64,000 nucleotides of DNA from Pseudomonadota bacterium (lineage in GTDB: Bacteria; Bdellovibrionota_B; Oligoflexia; Oligoflexales; RGVZ01). The notes under the pieces were generated by a model that saw only the letters and a program-made list of their open reading frames with translations, was not told the origin of the DNA and made no database searches. The stretch is taken from assembly GCA_041178085.1 (NCBI GenBank), contig JBEGVZ010000006.1, positions 19,115 to 83,114 of the forward strand, given 5' to 3'. Positions 38,545 through 48,361 of the stretch are shown here, one piece after another. A program made the translations under genes and the position numbers. The stretch's first letter is position 1. Each line of letters begins with the position of its first letter.

Positions 38545-39012
38545 TCATCGGAGCGGGTAGCTTCGAGGCCACATGTACACGAAAGTTCCAGCCCACGGAA
38601 TGCGAAAGGGCATGGAAATCCATACCCTGAGGACTTTTCCCGATACACCGCGGCTGGACACCGGGGACGCGACCGCATCGCCGGCCTGAGGACTCAGGAT
38701 AACATCTTCCATTGGAACATATAAGCCGCCCTCTCGGTAGACCCGCTGGACCTCTCTTTTCAAAGCGATTTCGGACAATTGAGAGGATTTAGCTGCCAAG
38801 GCCGTCAGGGCAGGTGCCGCCCGCCAGGCCGCGTAGCCGGCCTGAACAGCTCCCGCTACCATTTGACCTGCTGCAGCCAGAACAAAAAGCACAGCCAAGA
38901 CGGCGAGCAGCCCGTGGGTCCACGGACAACCTTGACGCACGGGATCGCGGCGCGAACCAGGCCGGCCATTCGCGGTCACACGGGCGGTGTGTTTTTTCCC
39001 TTTTGCTGCCAC
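38545..39012 (-). CDS. Single-TM hypothetical protein
   Basis: TM LLAVLAVLFVLAAAG, small soluble domain; overlaps the pduO end. Confidence 0.6.
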   Translation of the reverse strand: MAAKGKKHTARVTANGRPGSRRDPVRQGCPWTHGLLAVLAVLFVLAAAGQMVAGAVQAGYAAWRAAPALTALAAKSSQLSEIALKREVQRVYREGGLYVPMEDVILSPQAGDAVASPVSSRGVSGKVLRVWISMPFRIPWAGTFVYMWPRSYPLR

Positions 39013-39605
39013 AACAACTCCGGCACTCCAGCTTCCTGCGAGATAACCCTGCTGGCGACAAAAAACCAGTCACTCAGCCGGTTGAGGTAAATCGACACCT
39101 CCTCGCGGATGGTATCTTCACCGGCCAACGCGACAACGGCACGTTCCGCCCGCCGGCATACGGTGCGCACAACATGGGCCAGGGAGTTGGCCGGATGACC
39201 GCCGGGCAAGACAAAGTTGGCTAGCGGCTCGAGTTGGTTGTTGAACTCATCTATTTCCTGCTCAAGGCGCGACACAGATTCGTGACTGACAACCTGCTGG
39301 CGGCTGATATCCAGTGCGTCGATCGGTGTTGCGAGTTCACCACCAACATCAAAAAGTTCGTTCTGAATGCGGCGCAGGCGGGTGGTCAGTTCGGCAATCT
39401 TTGGCAGATGTTTCTGCTGGTCCATGATGTGCAACTGGTCTCTGAGCATGCCGGCAAAGGCATTCAGTTCATCAATCGTGCCGTAGGCATCGATGCGAAG
39501 ATGATACTTGGGTACTTTGCTGCCATTGGCCAGGTAGGTAAGACCCTTGTCGCCAACCTTGGTATAGATTTTTGTCAAACGCACCGGCCGATCCTCCACG
39601 GACAA
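38976..39605 (-). CDS. PduO-type ATP:cob(I)alamin adenosyltransferase
   Basis: KIYTKVGDKG, AYGTIDELN, FVLPGG, RTVCRRAER, YLNRLSD. Confidence 0.93.
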   Translation of the reverse strand: MSVEDRPVRLTKIYTKVGDKGLTYLANGSKVPKYHLRIDAYGTIDELNAFAGMLRDQLHIMDQQKHLPKIAELTTRLRRIQNELFDVGGELATPIDALDISRQQVVSHESVSRLEQEIDEFNNQLEPLANFVLPGGHPANSLAHVVRTVCRRAERAVVALAGEDTIREEVSIYLNRLSDWFFVASRVISQEAGVPELLWQQKGKNTPPV

Positions 39606-39709
39606 GCCGCCAAGTTAGCTGGTATTTTTGGCTCCAGAAACAGGAAAAGCCGCCATCCAGCTTTTGTCCAACCGGATGGCGGCCCATTATCACCCTGCAA
39701 TCAACCGGT

Positions 39710-40039
39710 TTAGTCGAATTCTGCGTCGCCGCTGGCGCCGCCCGTGGTGACCCTCTCCTGACGATTGACCGACTCGCGAAGCTTGTCGGAGGGGTGGAAA
39801 GTCACGACGCGACGGGCAGTGATTTCGATGCGCTGTCCCGTGTGGGGATTGCGGCCCGGTCGCGAACGCTTTTCCTTGACGGTCCACTTGCCGAATCCGG
39901 AGATCTTGACCTCGCGGCCGTCTTCGAGCTTCTGCTTGATTTCCTCGAGCACGGTCTCAAGGATGTCCTTGGCTTCCTTGACGGGAAAGCCGACTTTGTC
40001 GCGGATCATTTCGATCAGGGTGTCCTTGGTCAACGTCAT
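39710..40039 (-). CDS. ihfA: Integration host factor alpha subunit
   Basis: MTLTK, VKISGFG, RPGRNPHTG, ITARRVVTFHPS; GGAG RBS. Confidence 0.88.
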   Translation of the reverse strand: MTLTKDTLIEMIRDKVGFPVKEAKDILETVLEEIKQKLEDGREVKISGFGKWTVKEKRSRPGRNPHTGQRIEITARRVVTFHPSDKLRESVNRQERVTTGGASGDAEFD

Positions 40040-40221
40040 GGGAACTCCTTGCCTCCGGAAATCTTCAACACGCAACCGCGCGTGCCTTGGGAACGTTTTT
40101 CACCTTTGAAACTGCAAGTTCCTAAAATATATTACCAACTTCCGCCCGGGACGGAAAGAAACCGGGCCCGGCTGCATGAAAATTTTGCGCCGTTCGCTGA
40201 TGCACACCGGGGTGGTGGAAC

Positions 40222-41214
40222 ATGACAAGTCAAAAGAAAAAACGGGTACTTACCGGTTCCCGGGCCACCGGGATGCCACACCTGGGCAACTATTTTGGTG
40301 CTTACAAGCCGGCGATAGACCTTCAAGATCGCTACGAACTCTTCCTGTTCTTGGCAGATTTCCATGCGCTCAACGAACACTACAGCCCGGAAGAAAATCG
40401 CCGCAATTCCCTGATCCTGGTCGCTGCATTTCTGGCTTGCGGACTCGATCCCGTCAAAAGCCTTCTTTACGCCCAATCGGCGGTGCCCGAGGTCAACGAG
40501 CTGGCCTGGATCCTCAGCTGCCAGGTTCCCTACGGTGTGATGGCTCGAGCCCACTCCTTCAAGGATGCGCAGGCCAAGGGGATCGAAGTCAACATGGGCG
40601 TCTTCAACTACCCGATCCTGATGGCGGCGGACATCCTGCTGTTTGATGCCAACCTGGTGCCCGTAGGGCAGGACCAGAAACAGCACCTTGAGATGACCCG
40701 CGACATGGCCCAAAGATTCAACCATCACTTCGGCCAGGCCCTGGTGATTCCTGATCCGATGATCTCGGAAACCGTTGCCATCGTGCCGGGCACAGACGGC
40801 GAGAAAATGAGCAAGTCGAAGAACAATACGGTCGCCCTCTTTGCCAGCGACAAGGACTGGAAAAAGCAGGTGATGAACATCGTCACCGATGCAAAGGGCC
40901 TGGCGGACTCGAAAAATCCCGATACTTGCAACGTCTTCAAACTTTTCACCCTTGTTGCCAATGAAGGGGAGGTCCGTGCCATGCGTGAAAAGTATGTTGC
41001 TGGCGGCTATGGCTACGGCCACGCAAAAATGGATCTCCTGGAAAAGATGAAAGTTGTGTTCGGACCCATGCGTGACAACTTTGACAGCTGGATGCAACGC
41101 CCAGGCGACTTGCGCGACATCTTGCACGAAGGTTCAAAGAAGGCACGCTCACTTGCGACGGAAAAATTGAACATGGTGCAGGAAAAGCTTGGCTTGATTG
41201 GCCGGCCGTTCTGA
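40222..41214 (+). CDS. trpS: Tryptophan--tRNA ligase
   Basis: HLGNY, YPILMAADIL, VPVGQDQKQHLE, KMSKS. Confidence 0.97.
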   Translation: MTSQKKKRVLTGSRATGMPHLGNYFGAYKPAIDLQDRYELFLFLADFHALNEHYSPEENRRNSLILVAAFLACGLDPVKSLLYAQSAVPEVNELAWILSCQVPYGVMARAHSFKDAQAKGIEVNMGVFNYPILMAADILLFDANLVPVGQDQKQHLEMTRDMAQRFNHHFGQALVIPDPMISETVAIVPGTDGEKMSKSKNNTVALFASDKDWKKQVMNIVTDAKGLADSKNPDTCNVFKLFTLVANEGEVRAMREKYVAGGYGYGHAKMDLLEKMKVVFGPMRDNFDSWMQRPGDLRDILHEGSKKARSLATEKLNMVQEKLGLIGRPF

Positions 41215-41245
41215 GCATCGAAAAAATACGACAAAAGAGGCCTTC

Positions 41246-43540
41246 ATGACGCAAGGACGCGCGAAGCTGGGTTGGATTGCCATTGGCACTGCGATGATTT
41301 TACTCGCGGCAGCGGGTGGCTACGCCTGGCATCTTGTCAAGCGACAAGGGCTTGCCCCAAAGGAATATGCTGCCCACCTGGGCTCCGCTTCGGTTCAGTT
41401 TGACGACCACGGCATTCCCACAATCGTGGCCTCGGACTGGAATGCAGTCGCAGAGGCGCAGGGATTTGTCGTCGCCAGCGAGCGCATGTGGCAGCTTGAC
41501 CTGATGCGGCGCAAGGCTGCGGGCAGGCTGGCGGAGTGGTTTGGCGCGAAGGCACTGGACCACGACAAACGTCTGCGCAGTGAGGGACGGCTGACGGTAG
41601 TTGCCAAATCGGTTGAGATGCTGCCTCAAAGCCAGCGCGAGTTTTGCGAAGCTTACGCGAAGGGCATCAATTCGTTCATCCGCGCATTTCCCGGACGATG
41701 GGGAATCGAATACGCCTTGACCAGCGAACAACCTGAACCTTGGCGTTGCGACGATACCCTGCTGGTTATCCTGTCGATGGCAGACATCCTCGCGTCCGGT
41801 AGCCGCGATGAATGGATCCAGCAGAAGTGGCGAAAGGTACTTCCCCGTGAATGGGAAGAGTTCCTGTACACGAAGGAACATCCGTGGAACCGGCCCTTCT
41901 TCAATGTGCGGGAGAAAGCTGCGCTAAGGCTTCCACCGGAATCCCTTGCGATTCCTGCCCAGCCACTCAATGGCGACGAGCTCGCTGCCACGGACGACAT
42001 GGTTGCGACGCATGAAGCGATTGGCAGCAATTCATGGGCGTGGAGGGGGAACTCGGGGGCTTACCTGGCCAACGATCCTCACCTGGGACAAAGCACCCCG
42101 CAGCTCTGGTACGCTGCACGCTTGAAAGTGTCGAACGAAGACTGGGTCGCCGGTGTGACCCTGCCGGGGCTTCCCGGAGTGATCATCGGCATGAATCCAC
42201 ATATTGCCTGGGCATTCACCAACGTCGGCGAAGATGTCGACGATTTGCTGGAAGAACGCCTCGATGCGAGCGGCACAAAATACCTTGCTGCAAGGACCAA
42301 CGGGAATGAAGAGTGGCGAGCCGTCGAAGTTACGAGCGAGCTGGTGAAGGTAAAGGGTGCGCCGGCCGTAACGATCGAAGTCAGAAAAACGCACCGCGGT
42401 CCGCTGATTGAGCTTCCTGCCGGAAGCGGCAAGTTTTACAGCCGCCAGTGGCTGGGCCTCATCCCTGGCCGTCTTGGACTGCCCTCGCGCGAGCTCGCCA
42501 GTGTCAAGGACTGGAATGACTTCAACTCTGCCGCCGATCATTTCACGCTACCCGCACAGAACATGCTGATGATGGATCGCAAAGGCAACATCGGTTACCG
42601 CGCATCGGGCACCGGTGTCATCCGGCGGGTTGACGGACGCATTCCTCAGCCGGCGCTGGAGGGCGAATGGGCAGGTTTCGCGCCACCGGCGGAGCGTCAC
42701 CGCATGTGGATCGAGGCAGAACCGGGCAAGGTGTCGAGCATGGCCACAGCCAACCAGCGCATGTGGGTCGACCGCTATGGCCACAACTGGTACGGGGAAG
42801 ACCGGCAGGAACGGATTGTCAGCCTGCTTTCCAGCGGCAACGCCCACACACAAAGGGACATGCTGGAAATCCAGCTCGACGTAACATCCCGCTTTCGTCG
42901 GCAGCTACTGCAATGGGTGGCTGACCGCGGCGTAGCAGCCGCCGGCCGGGAGGCCGAACTCAAATCGCGCTGGATACGCTGGGACGGTTCCGGAAAGAGT
43001 GATCCCGCTTCCTTCGGAAACAGCATCCAGGCGGAAAAACTGATTTTCAAAGTTCTCATTGGACGCGTCCGCGCCCACTTCAAGCCGGCCCTGGACGAAG
43101 GAGATCGCTATGATTGGGATCTTGACCGTGCATGGCTTCTTGCCCTGCTGGACAACAAAGGCAGCTTCGGGCTGTTTGGACTGGAGGAGACGTCACTGGC
43201 AACTTCGGTAATTCAAAAGATTGCAGCCACAGAAGAGGCCCCCTTCCAGGAAAAGAACGCCTGGAACGGCCAACATCCATTTGTCGGGAAGGTCCCGCTG
43301 GCCGGCTGGTTTTTCCGGACAAAAAAATACGATCAGTACGGATATTCGGACGTCGTGAGGGCCGAAAAACCGGACCACGGCCCGTCTGTACGGCTGGTAT
43401 GGAACATGGCTGTGCCGGCGGAAAGCACATGGATGTTTCCGGTCGGGCAGTCCGGACACTTGGGCTCCAGGAATTATGCCGACCTGCAGGGGAAATGGGC
43501 TGCGGGGGAAATGATGAAAGTGTTGCCGGCTGGATTCTAG
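41246..43540 (+). CDS. Penicillin acylase family (S45 Ntn hydrolase)
   Basis: FDDHGIPTI, AQGFV, GSNSW nucleophile site, LANDPHL, GQSGH; N-terminal TM/signal. Confidence 0.92.
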   Translation: MTQGRAKLGWIAIGTAMILLAAAGGYAWHLVKRQGLAPKEYAAHLGSASVQFDDHGIPTIVASDWNAVAEAQGFVVASERMWQLDLMRRKAAGRLAEWFGAKALDHDKRLRSEGRLTVVAKSVEMLPQSQREFCEAYAKGINSFIRAFPGRWGIEYALTSEQPEPWRCDDTLLVILSMADILASGSRDEWIQQKWRKVLPREWEEFLYTKEHPWNRPFFNVREKAALRLPPESLAIPAQPLNGDELAATDDMVATHEAIGSNSWAWRGNSGAYLANDPHLGQSTPQLWYAARLKVSNEDWVAGVTLPGLPGVIIGMNPHIAWAFTNVGEDVDDLLEERLDASGTKYLAARTNGNEEWRAVEVTSELVKVKGAPAVTIEVRKTHRGPLIELPAGSGKFYSRQWLGLIPGRLGLPSRELASVKDWNDFNSAADHFTLPAQNMLMMDRKGNIGYRASGTGVIRRVDGRIPQPALEGEWAGFAPPAERHRMWIEAEPGKVSSMATANQRMWVDRYGHNWYGEDRQERIVSLLSSGNAHTQRDMLEIQLDVTSRFRRQLLQWVADRGVAAAGREAELKSRWIRWDGSGKSDPASFGNSIQAEKLIFKVLIGRVRAHFKPALDEGDRYDWDLDRAWLLALLDNKGSFGLFGLEETSLATSVIQKIAATEEAPFQEKNAWNGQHPFVGKVPLAGWFFRTKKYDQYGYSDVVRAEKPDHGPSVRLVWNMAVPAESTWMFPVGQSGHLGSRNYADLQGKWAAGEMMKVLPAGF

Positions 43541-43544
43541 CCCC

Positions 43545-43572
43545 TTGCGGGGCGGCTTCCGGTCGATATAAT
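43545..43572 (+). promoter_or_regulatory. Candidate sigma70 promoter of Gld-like ABC operon
   Basis: TTGCGG-16 nt-TATAAT upstream of GGAGG RBS and ATG 43611. Confidence 0.55.
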
Positions 43573-43610
43573 GCGGTCAATATTCAGGTTAAACCGGTTG
43601 GAGGAAATTC

Positions 43611-44546
43611 ATGATCGAGGTCAAAGGCCTGTCCAAGAGGTACGGACAACTGCAGGCCCTGAACGATGTCTCGTTCACGGTCGAGAAGGGGCAGATCGTC
43701 GGCTTCCTCGGCGCAAACGGTGCCGGGAAAACCACCACAATGGACATCCTTTGTGGTTGTTCAGGTGCGGACGGTGGCAGTGCAAAAATCGCGGGGTTTG
43801 ATATCACCGAACAGCCTATTGAGGCGAAGAAGCGGCTTGGTTACTTGCCGGATGTCCCTCCGCTGCACACGGAAATGACGGTAGAGGACTTTGTGACGTA
43901 CGCAGCGAAGCTGCACAAGGTCCCGCTCAATGCGCTCAGTGCGCGTGTCAACGACACGTTGCAAAGACTCTCCCTGATGGAAGTGCGCTCGCGCCTGGTG
44001 GGCAACCTGTCCAAGGGTTACCGGCAGAGGGTTGCACTTGCCCAGGCGATCGTCCACGACCCGGAAGTCCTCGTGCTGGACGAACCGACCGAAGGCCTTG
44101 ACCCGGGCCAGATCGTGCAAATCCGCGAACTGATTCGTTCCCTTGCAGGTAAGCACACGATCCTGCTCAGCTCCCATATCTTGTCGGAAGTGCAAAACAC
44201 TTGTGACCGGATCATCATTATCAACAAGGGCCGGATTGTTGCGCAAGGAACCTACACGGAGCTGACGCGCAATCTTGCTGCTGAGTCAACATTCCGGCTG
44301 CGCGTTGCACGGGACGCCGGCAATGCACTCGTCAAAATCAAAAACCTGCCCGGTGTCGTGCACGCAAAACTCGAAGAGAGCCAGCTTGGTGACATACAGG
44401 CAATTGAATTCGGGATGGAGAGCTCTGCCAAAGAAAACACGCCCGAAGAAGTGACCAAGGCGGTCATCGAAGGTGGTTTTGGCTTCCGCGAACTGTCCAG
44501 AAAAAACAAAACCCTGGAAGACGTTTTCTTCCAGGCCACGCGATAA
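43611..44546 (+). CDS. ABC-2 type ATP-binding protein (GldA-like)
   Basis: GANGAGKTT, LSKGYRQR, LDEPTEG. Confidence 0.92.
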   Translation: MIEVKGLSKRYGQLQALNDVSFTVEKGQIVGFLGANGAGKTTTMDILCGCSGADGGSAKIAGFDITEQPIEAKKRLGYLPDVPPLHTEMTVEDFVTYAAKLHKVPLNALSARVNDTLQRLSLMEVRSRLVGNLSKGYRQRVALAQAIVHDPEVLVLDEPTEGLDPGQIVQIRELIRSLAGKHTILLSSHILSEVQNTCDRIIIINKGRIVAQGTYTELTRNLAAESTFRLRVARDAGNALVKIKNLPGVVHAKLEESQLGDIQAIEFGMESSAKENTPEEVTKAVIEGGFGFRELSRKNKTLEDVFFQATR

Positions 44547-44558
44547 GGGGGCGGGAAA

Positions 44559-45323
44559 ATGAGCGTTATCCTGACCATTGCGAAAAGGGATCTGAAGGCC
44601 TACTTTGTGTCGCCAAAAGGCGGCGCAATCCTGTTTTTCTTCCTTATTTTCATGGGTTCGTTCTTTCAGAACTTTGTCGCCTCGTACGTAGAGTATCAGC
44701 AACGAGCTGCCTCCATGGGTGGGCAGGCGCCAACCTTGGAACAACTCATCCGCGCATTTTTCTACAACTTCAACTTCATCATGATCCTGGTGATCCCTGC
44801 CGTGACCATGGCCCTTTTTTCTGAGGATAAGCGAAACGGGTCCCTGAGACTTCTCCAGACTGCCCCCGTTAGCGCTGCCCAGATTGTTCTCGGCAAGTTC
44901 ATGGCGGCCGTGTCGATCATGACGATCGTCCTGGTGGCCAGCTCGGTTTATCCGTTGTACCTGGTCAAGTATGGCAATCCAGACACGGCAATCATTGGTA
45001 CCTCACTGCTCGGCATTTTCCTGCTCATGACTTCGCAGCTCGCCTTCGGATTGTGGGTCTCATCGCTAACCAGCAATCAGTTCCTTGCGTTCCTTTTCAC
45101 CATGTTTGGACTGTTCCTGCTCCTGGTACTCAACTGGCTGGCACCGTCTTTGACTGGCGGGGGTATCGCTGAGAAGATCATCAAGTACATCGCATCAACC
45201 GACCACCTTGATGTCTTTTTGAAGGGCATGATCTCCGTCAGTAATCTGACCTACTTCCTTTGCTTCACTGGTTTGTTCCTTTTCCTGACCAATGTCTCAC
45301 TCGATTCCGAGCGCTGGAGGTAA
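44559..45323 (+). CDS. ABC-2 permease (GldF-like)
   Basis: IAKRDLKAYFVSP, TMALFSEDKRNG, IVLGKF, six TMs. Confidence 0.9.
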   Translation: MSVILTIAKRDLKAYFVSPKGGAILFFFLIFMGSFFQNFVASYVEYQQRAASMGGQAPTLEQLIRAFFYNFNFIMILVIPAVTMALFSEDKRNGSLRLLQTAPVSAAQIVLGKFMAAVSIMTIVLVASSVYPLYLVKYGNPDTAIIGTSLLGIFLLMTSQLAFGLWVSSLTSNQFLAFLFTMFGLFLLLVLNWLAPSLTGGGIAEKIIKYIASTDHLDVFLKGMISVSNLTYFLCFTGLFLFLTNVSLDSERWR

Positions 45324-45329
45324 TCGACG

Positions 45330-46979
45330 ATGCGTCCAGAATTTCTTTTCATTCCTTTTGGTGCTGTCCTGGTTGCTGCTATTTCAACGGCTGCTTCAAA
45401 GGCATTTCCCGCAGCCACCTGGATTCTTTATGGTGGATGGCTGTCTGCCCTGGCCCTTGTTGTCCTCTGGGTTGTCCTTGACCTGGCTAATTTCAAGGCA
45501 ATGTTCGCCCGCAAGGGCGCCAAGTACGGAGCAAGCTCAGGTGTCGTCGTATTGATGGCCATCGCAGTCCTTGCCGCGATCGCAACCCTGACTTCACGAC
45601 CGCGCTTCGACAAGAGCATTGACCTGAGTAAATCGAAGGTGAACACCCTCGCAGACCAGTCTCACAAGGCGATCGACACGCTCGAGAAACGAAAGGTTGA
45701 CGTTGAGGTCATCGCGTTCTTCCAGGACCAGGAAGCCAAGAAGCAATTCCAGGACCTGATCGGCCTCTACCTTTCCAAAGGGGCTAACTTGACGGTCGAC
45801 TACGTCGACCCCAACCGTGACCCGACGCGAGCCATCGGCGAGAAACTGACTTCTGGCAATACGGTCATCTTTCGCTCCAAGTCTGGTCAGACATCACAAG
45901 AAGCGCGGATCACAACTTTCAACGAGGAAAAGGTCACCAACGCGTTGATCAAGGTGCTCAAGGAGAAGCCGAAGCAAATTTACTTCACCAAAGGGCACGG
46001 CGAGAATGCGGTGCGTGGCACCGAGCCGGCAGGCCTCAATATGATGATCGTGGAGCTTGAAGGGAACAAATACGAGGTCAAGGAACTTTCTCTCCTGGAA
46101 GAGGCAAAGGTTCCTGAACAGGCCGACCTGGTGGTGATCGCTGGTCCCAAATATGACTTCAAAGTCGAGGAGACCCGGCTTCTGGAGGAGCACTTGAAGC
46201 GCGGTGGCGGGCTGCTGGTGATGGTCGAGGCCATGGTTCCCGTTCCAGCGCTCAATGGATTGCTCGAAAAATACGGCATCAAGGCATCCAGTGACCTGCT
46301 CATCCTGCGCCCGGATGACCCCCGGGCTGCATTCCTTGGGCAAAACAACGCAATCGTGACTGATTTCGACAGCACGAGTCCGCTCACCAAGGACTTCGCA
46401 GCCCAAAGCAAAGTTGCAGTGATCCTGCCCAGCTCAAGGTCCGTTGAGGAAGTTCCAAACAATGCCGCGGGCATGAAAGTGTCGATGGTGGCAAAAACAG
46501 CTCCCATCATTATTCGTGTTAAAAACGTGAACTCCCGCGCGGACGTGGGAGCAGGCAAAATCGGCAACGAACGTATCGAGTCCGGCACCTTCCCGGTGAT
46601 GGCAGTAGCAACGGGTAAACCAACACCACCACAGACGGCAAAGGCAGACGACAGCAATGGGCCAGCAACGGACACGCCTGCCGTAGCAGAGGGTCAAGCT
46701 GGCAAACAAGAGACGCGGATCGTCGTCGTGGGATCGGCTCAGTTTGCGACAAACCAAGCCGTCTCTGGTCAGGAAAACCGGGACTTCTTCTTGAATGCAA
46801 TCACCTTCCTGCTTCAGGACGAGGACTTTATCTCGATCAGACCTAAAGACCCCACAGCAAGCACACTCAACCTGACGACTGAGATGAGCCGCTTGAACCT
46901 TCTGTTGCTCACGTGGATTTATCCTCTCGTGTTCCTCGGTGCAGGCGTCGGCTTCTGGATGTGGAGGCGCGCAGCTTGA
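45330..46979 (+). CDS. GldG-like ABC auxiliary component
   Basis: DLSKSKVNTL, YFTKGHGE, LVVIAGP, NRDFFLN, C-terminal TM. Confidence 0.88.
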   Translation: MRPEFLFIPFGAVLVAAISTAASKAFPAATWILYGGWLSALALVVLWVVLDLANFKAMFARKGAKYGASSGVVVLMAIAVLAAIATLTSRPRFDKSIDLSKSKVNTLADQSHKAIDTLEKRKVDVEVIAFFQDQEAKKQFQDLIGLYLSKGANLTVDYVDPNRDPTRAIGEKLTSGNTVIFRSKSGQTSQEARITTFNEEKVTNALIKVLKEKPKQIYFTKGHGENAVRGTEPAGLNMMIVELEGNKYEVKELSLLEEAKVPEQADLVVIAGPKYDFKVEETRLLEEHLKRGGGLLVMVEAMVPVPALNGLLEKYGIKASSDLLILRPDDPRAAFLGQNNAIVTDFDSTSPLTKDFAAQSKVAVILPSSRSVEEVPNNAAGMKVSMVAKTAPIIIRVKNVNSRADVGAGKIGNERIESGTFPVMAVATGKPTPPQTAKADDSNGPATDTPAVAEGQAGKQETRIVVVGSAQFATNQAVSGQENRDFFLNAITFLLQDEDFISIRPKDPTASTLNLTTEMSRLNLLLLTWIYPLVFLGAGVGFWMWRRAA

Positions 46980-48361
46980 TGAAACAACTAAAGACCGCGG
47001 GCCTTCTGGCTGCCGCATTGCTAGTCCTGGGTGGAATCGCCACCTGGGACGAATGGCAGACCAAGAAGGACGACAAGAAAAAAGAAACCGAAAAAAGGCT
47101 GCTCAGCATTGAGCCGGAGAAGATTACCGCCCTTGAATTCCTGAACCAGGAAGGCAAGGATCCTGTGGATATCTCCTTCGAGAAAAAAGATGGAAAATGG
47201 CAGATCCTGCGCCCGACAAGCCTTCGAGCCGATCAACAGGCTGTGGATAACCTGTTGACAACACTGAGGGATTACAAGTTTGAACAGATCGTGGACGAGG
47301 CGACTCAAAATCCGGGTGCCTTTGGCTTGGACAAGCCTCGTCGCGTGATCAAAATCAAATCGGGTGAAGCTGAAACGATTCTGAAGGTGGGCAGCAACGC
47401 TCCGGTCGGGTATTCCGTTTACGCGATGATCGACGGCAGCCCCAAGGTATACGTCGGTAGCCAGTACCTTGCCGTTTCGACTGGCAAGTCCCTTCACGAC
47501 CTGCGCGACAAGTCCTTGTTGGCAATCGATACGACCACGATCAAAACGGTTGAACTGACGCGGCCAGGCCAGTCGAAGACGGTGCTTGAAAAAGCTGACG
47601 GAACCTTCGGTATCGTCAAGCCAGAAGTCCTGCCCGCCGACCAGACTGCGGTCCGCAACTTCGTGGACGACATCGCCAAAGCAAACGCTCTGGCATTTGA
47701 TGATGCCCCTTCGGCTGCGACCAAAAAACTTTTCTCCGGCAAACTTCTTTCGGAAGTGCGACTAGCCCAACAAGACGGCACACAAACCACGATCAAGTTT
47801 ATCGAGCAACCGGGGAAACTAAAGGCATGGGCCGGCGGAAACTCACCCGTGGTGGAACTGAGCAGTGACTTCAGGACCAAAATCTCGAAGTCCAGCCAGG
47901 ATTTCCGGGATCGCAAGGTGTTCAATCTGGTCGGTGACAAGGTGTCAAAAGCCGTGGTCGACGGGAAGTCGTTCGAGAAGAAAAATGGCGACTGGTTTCC
48001 GGCCGGGGATGATAAGAATCCTGCAACCAAGGTCCGTGCCCTTATTGTTGACCTTGAGTTCCTCAAGGCATCCGAAATTCTTTCCGCCTCTGACAAGATT
48101 GTTAAGGAGTCAACCAGCGGTGCTCCTGCACACAGCTTGAAGCTGACCTTGGATGGGCAGACTGACGCCATCGAAGTCAGCATATGGGAGAAGAAGAATT
48201 CGCCCGAGTCGTACATCCTCAAGCATTCTGCTTCCAAGGCAGTATTTGTCGTCGGGAAGTCCTCGATCTCTGCGATCGAATCCGCCACCAAAGGGGATGC
48301 AGCTACGGTGACGCCCAATCTTGGTTCGTCAACACCGGGCGACGATGCCAAGGGCCTTTGA
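46979..48361 (+). CDS. DUF4340-like protein
   Basis: N-terminal anchor, repeated W...P...AD and FGLDKP / LRDK units; usual fourth gene of such ABC modules; ATG overlaps the upstream stop. Confidence 0.8.
   Translation: MKQLKTAGLLAAALLVLGGIATWDEWQTKKDDKKKETEKRLLSIEPEKITALEFLNQEGKDPVDISFEKKDGKWQILRPTSLRADQQAVDNLLTTLRDYKFEQIVDEATQNPGAFGLDKPRRVIKIKSGEAETILKVGSNAPVGYSVYAMIDGSPKVYVGSQYLAVSTGKSLHDLRDKSLLAIDTTTIKTVELTRPGQSKTVLEKADGTFGIVKPEVLPADQTAVRNFVDDIAKANALAFDDAPSAATKKLFSGKLLSEVRLAQQDGTQTTIKFIEQPGKLKAWAGGNSPVVELSSDFRTKISKSSQDFRDRKVFNLVGDKVSKAVVDGKSFEKKNGDWFPAGDDKNPATKVRALIVDLEFLKASEILSASDKIVKESTSGAPAHSLKLTLDGQTDAIEVSIWEKKNSPESYILKHSASKAVFVVGKSSISAIESATKGDAATVTPNLGSSTPGDDAKGL

Noticed and set aside
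40132..41127. 331-aa minus-strand ORF
   Set aside because: Antisense shadow of trpS
43611..48361. Gld-like ABC module as a novel gliding system
   Set aside because: Widespread four-gene ABC module; similarity to GldA/F/G does not establish a motility role
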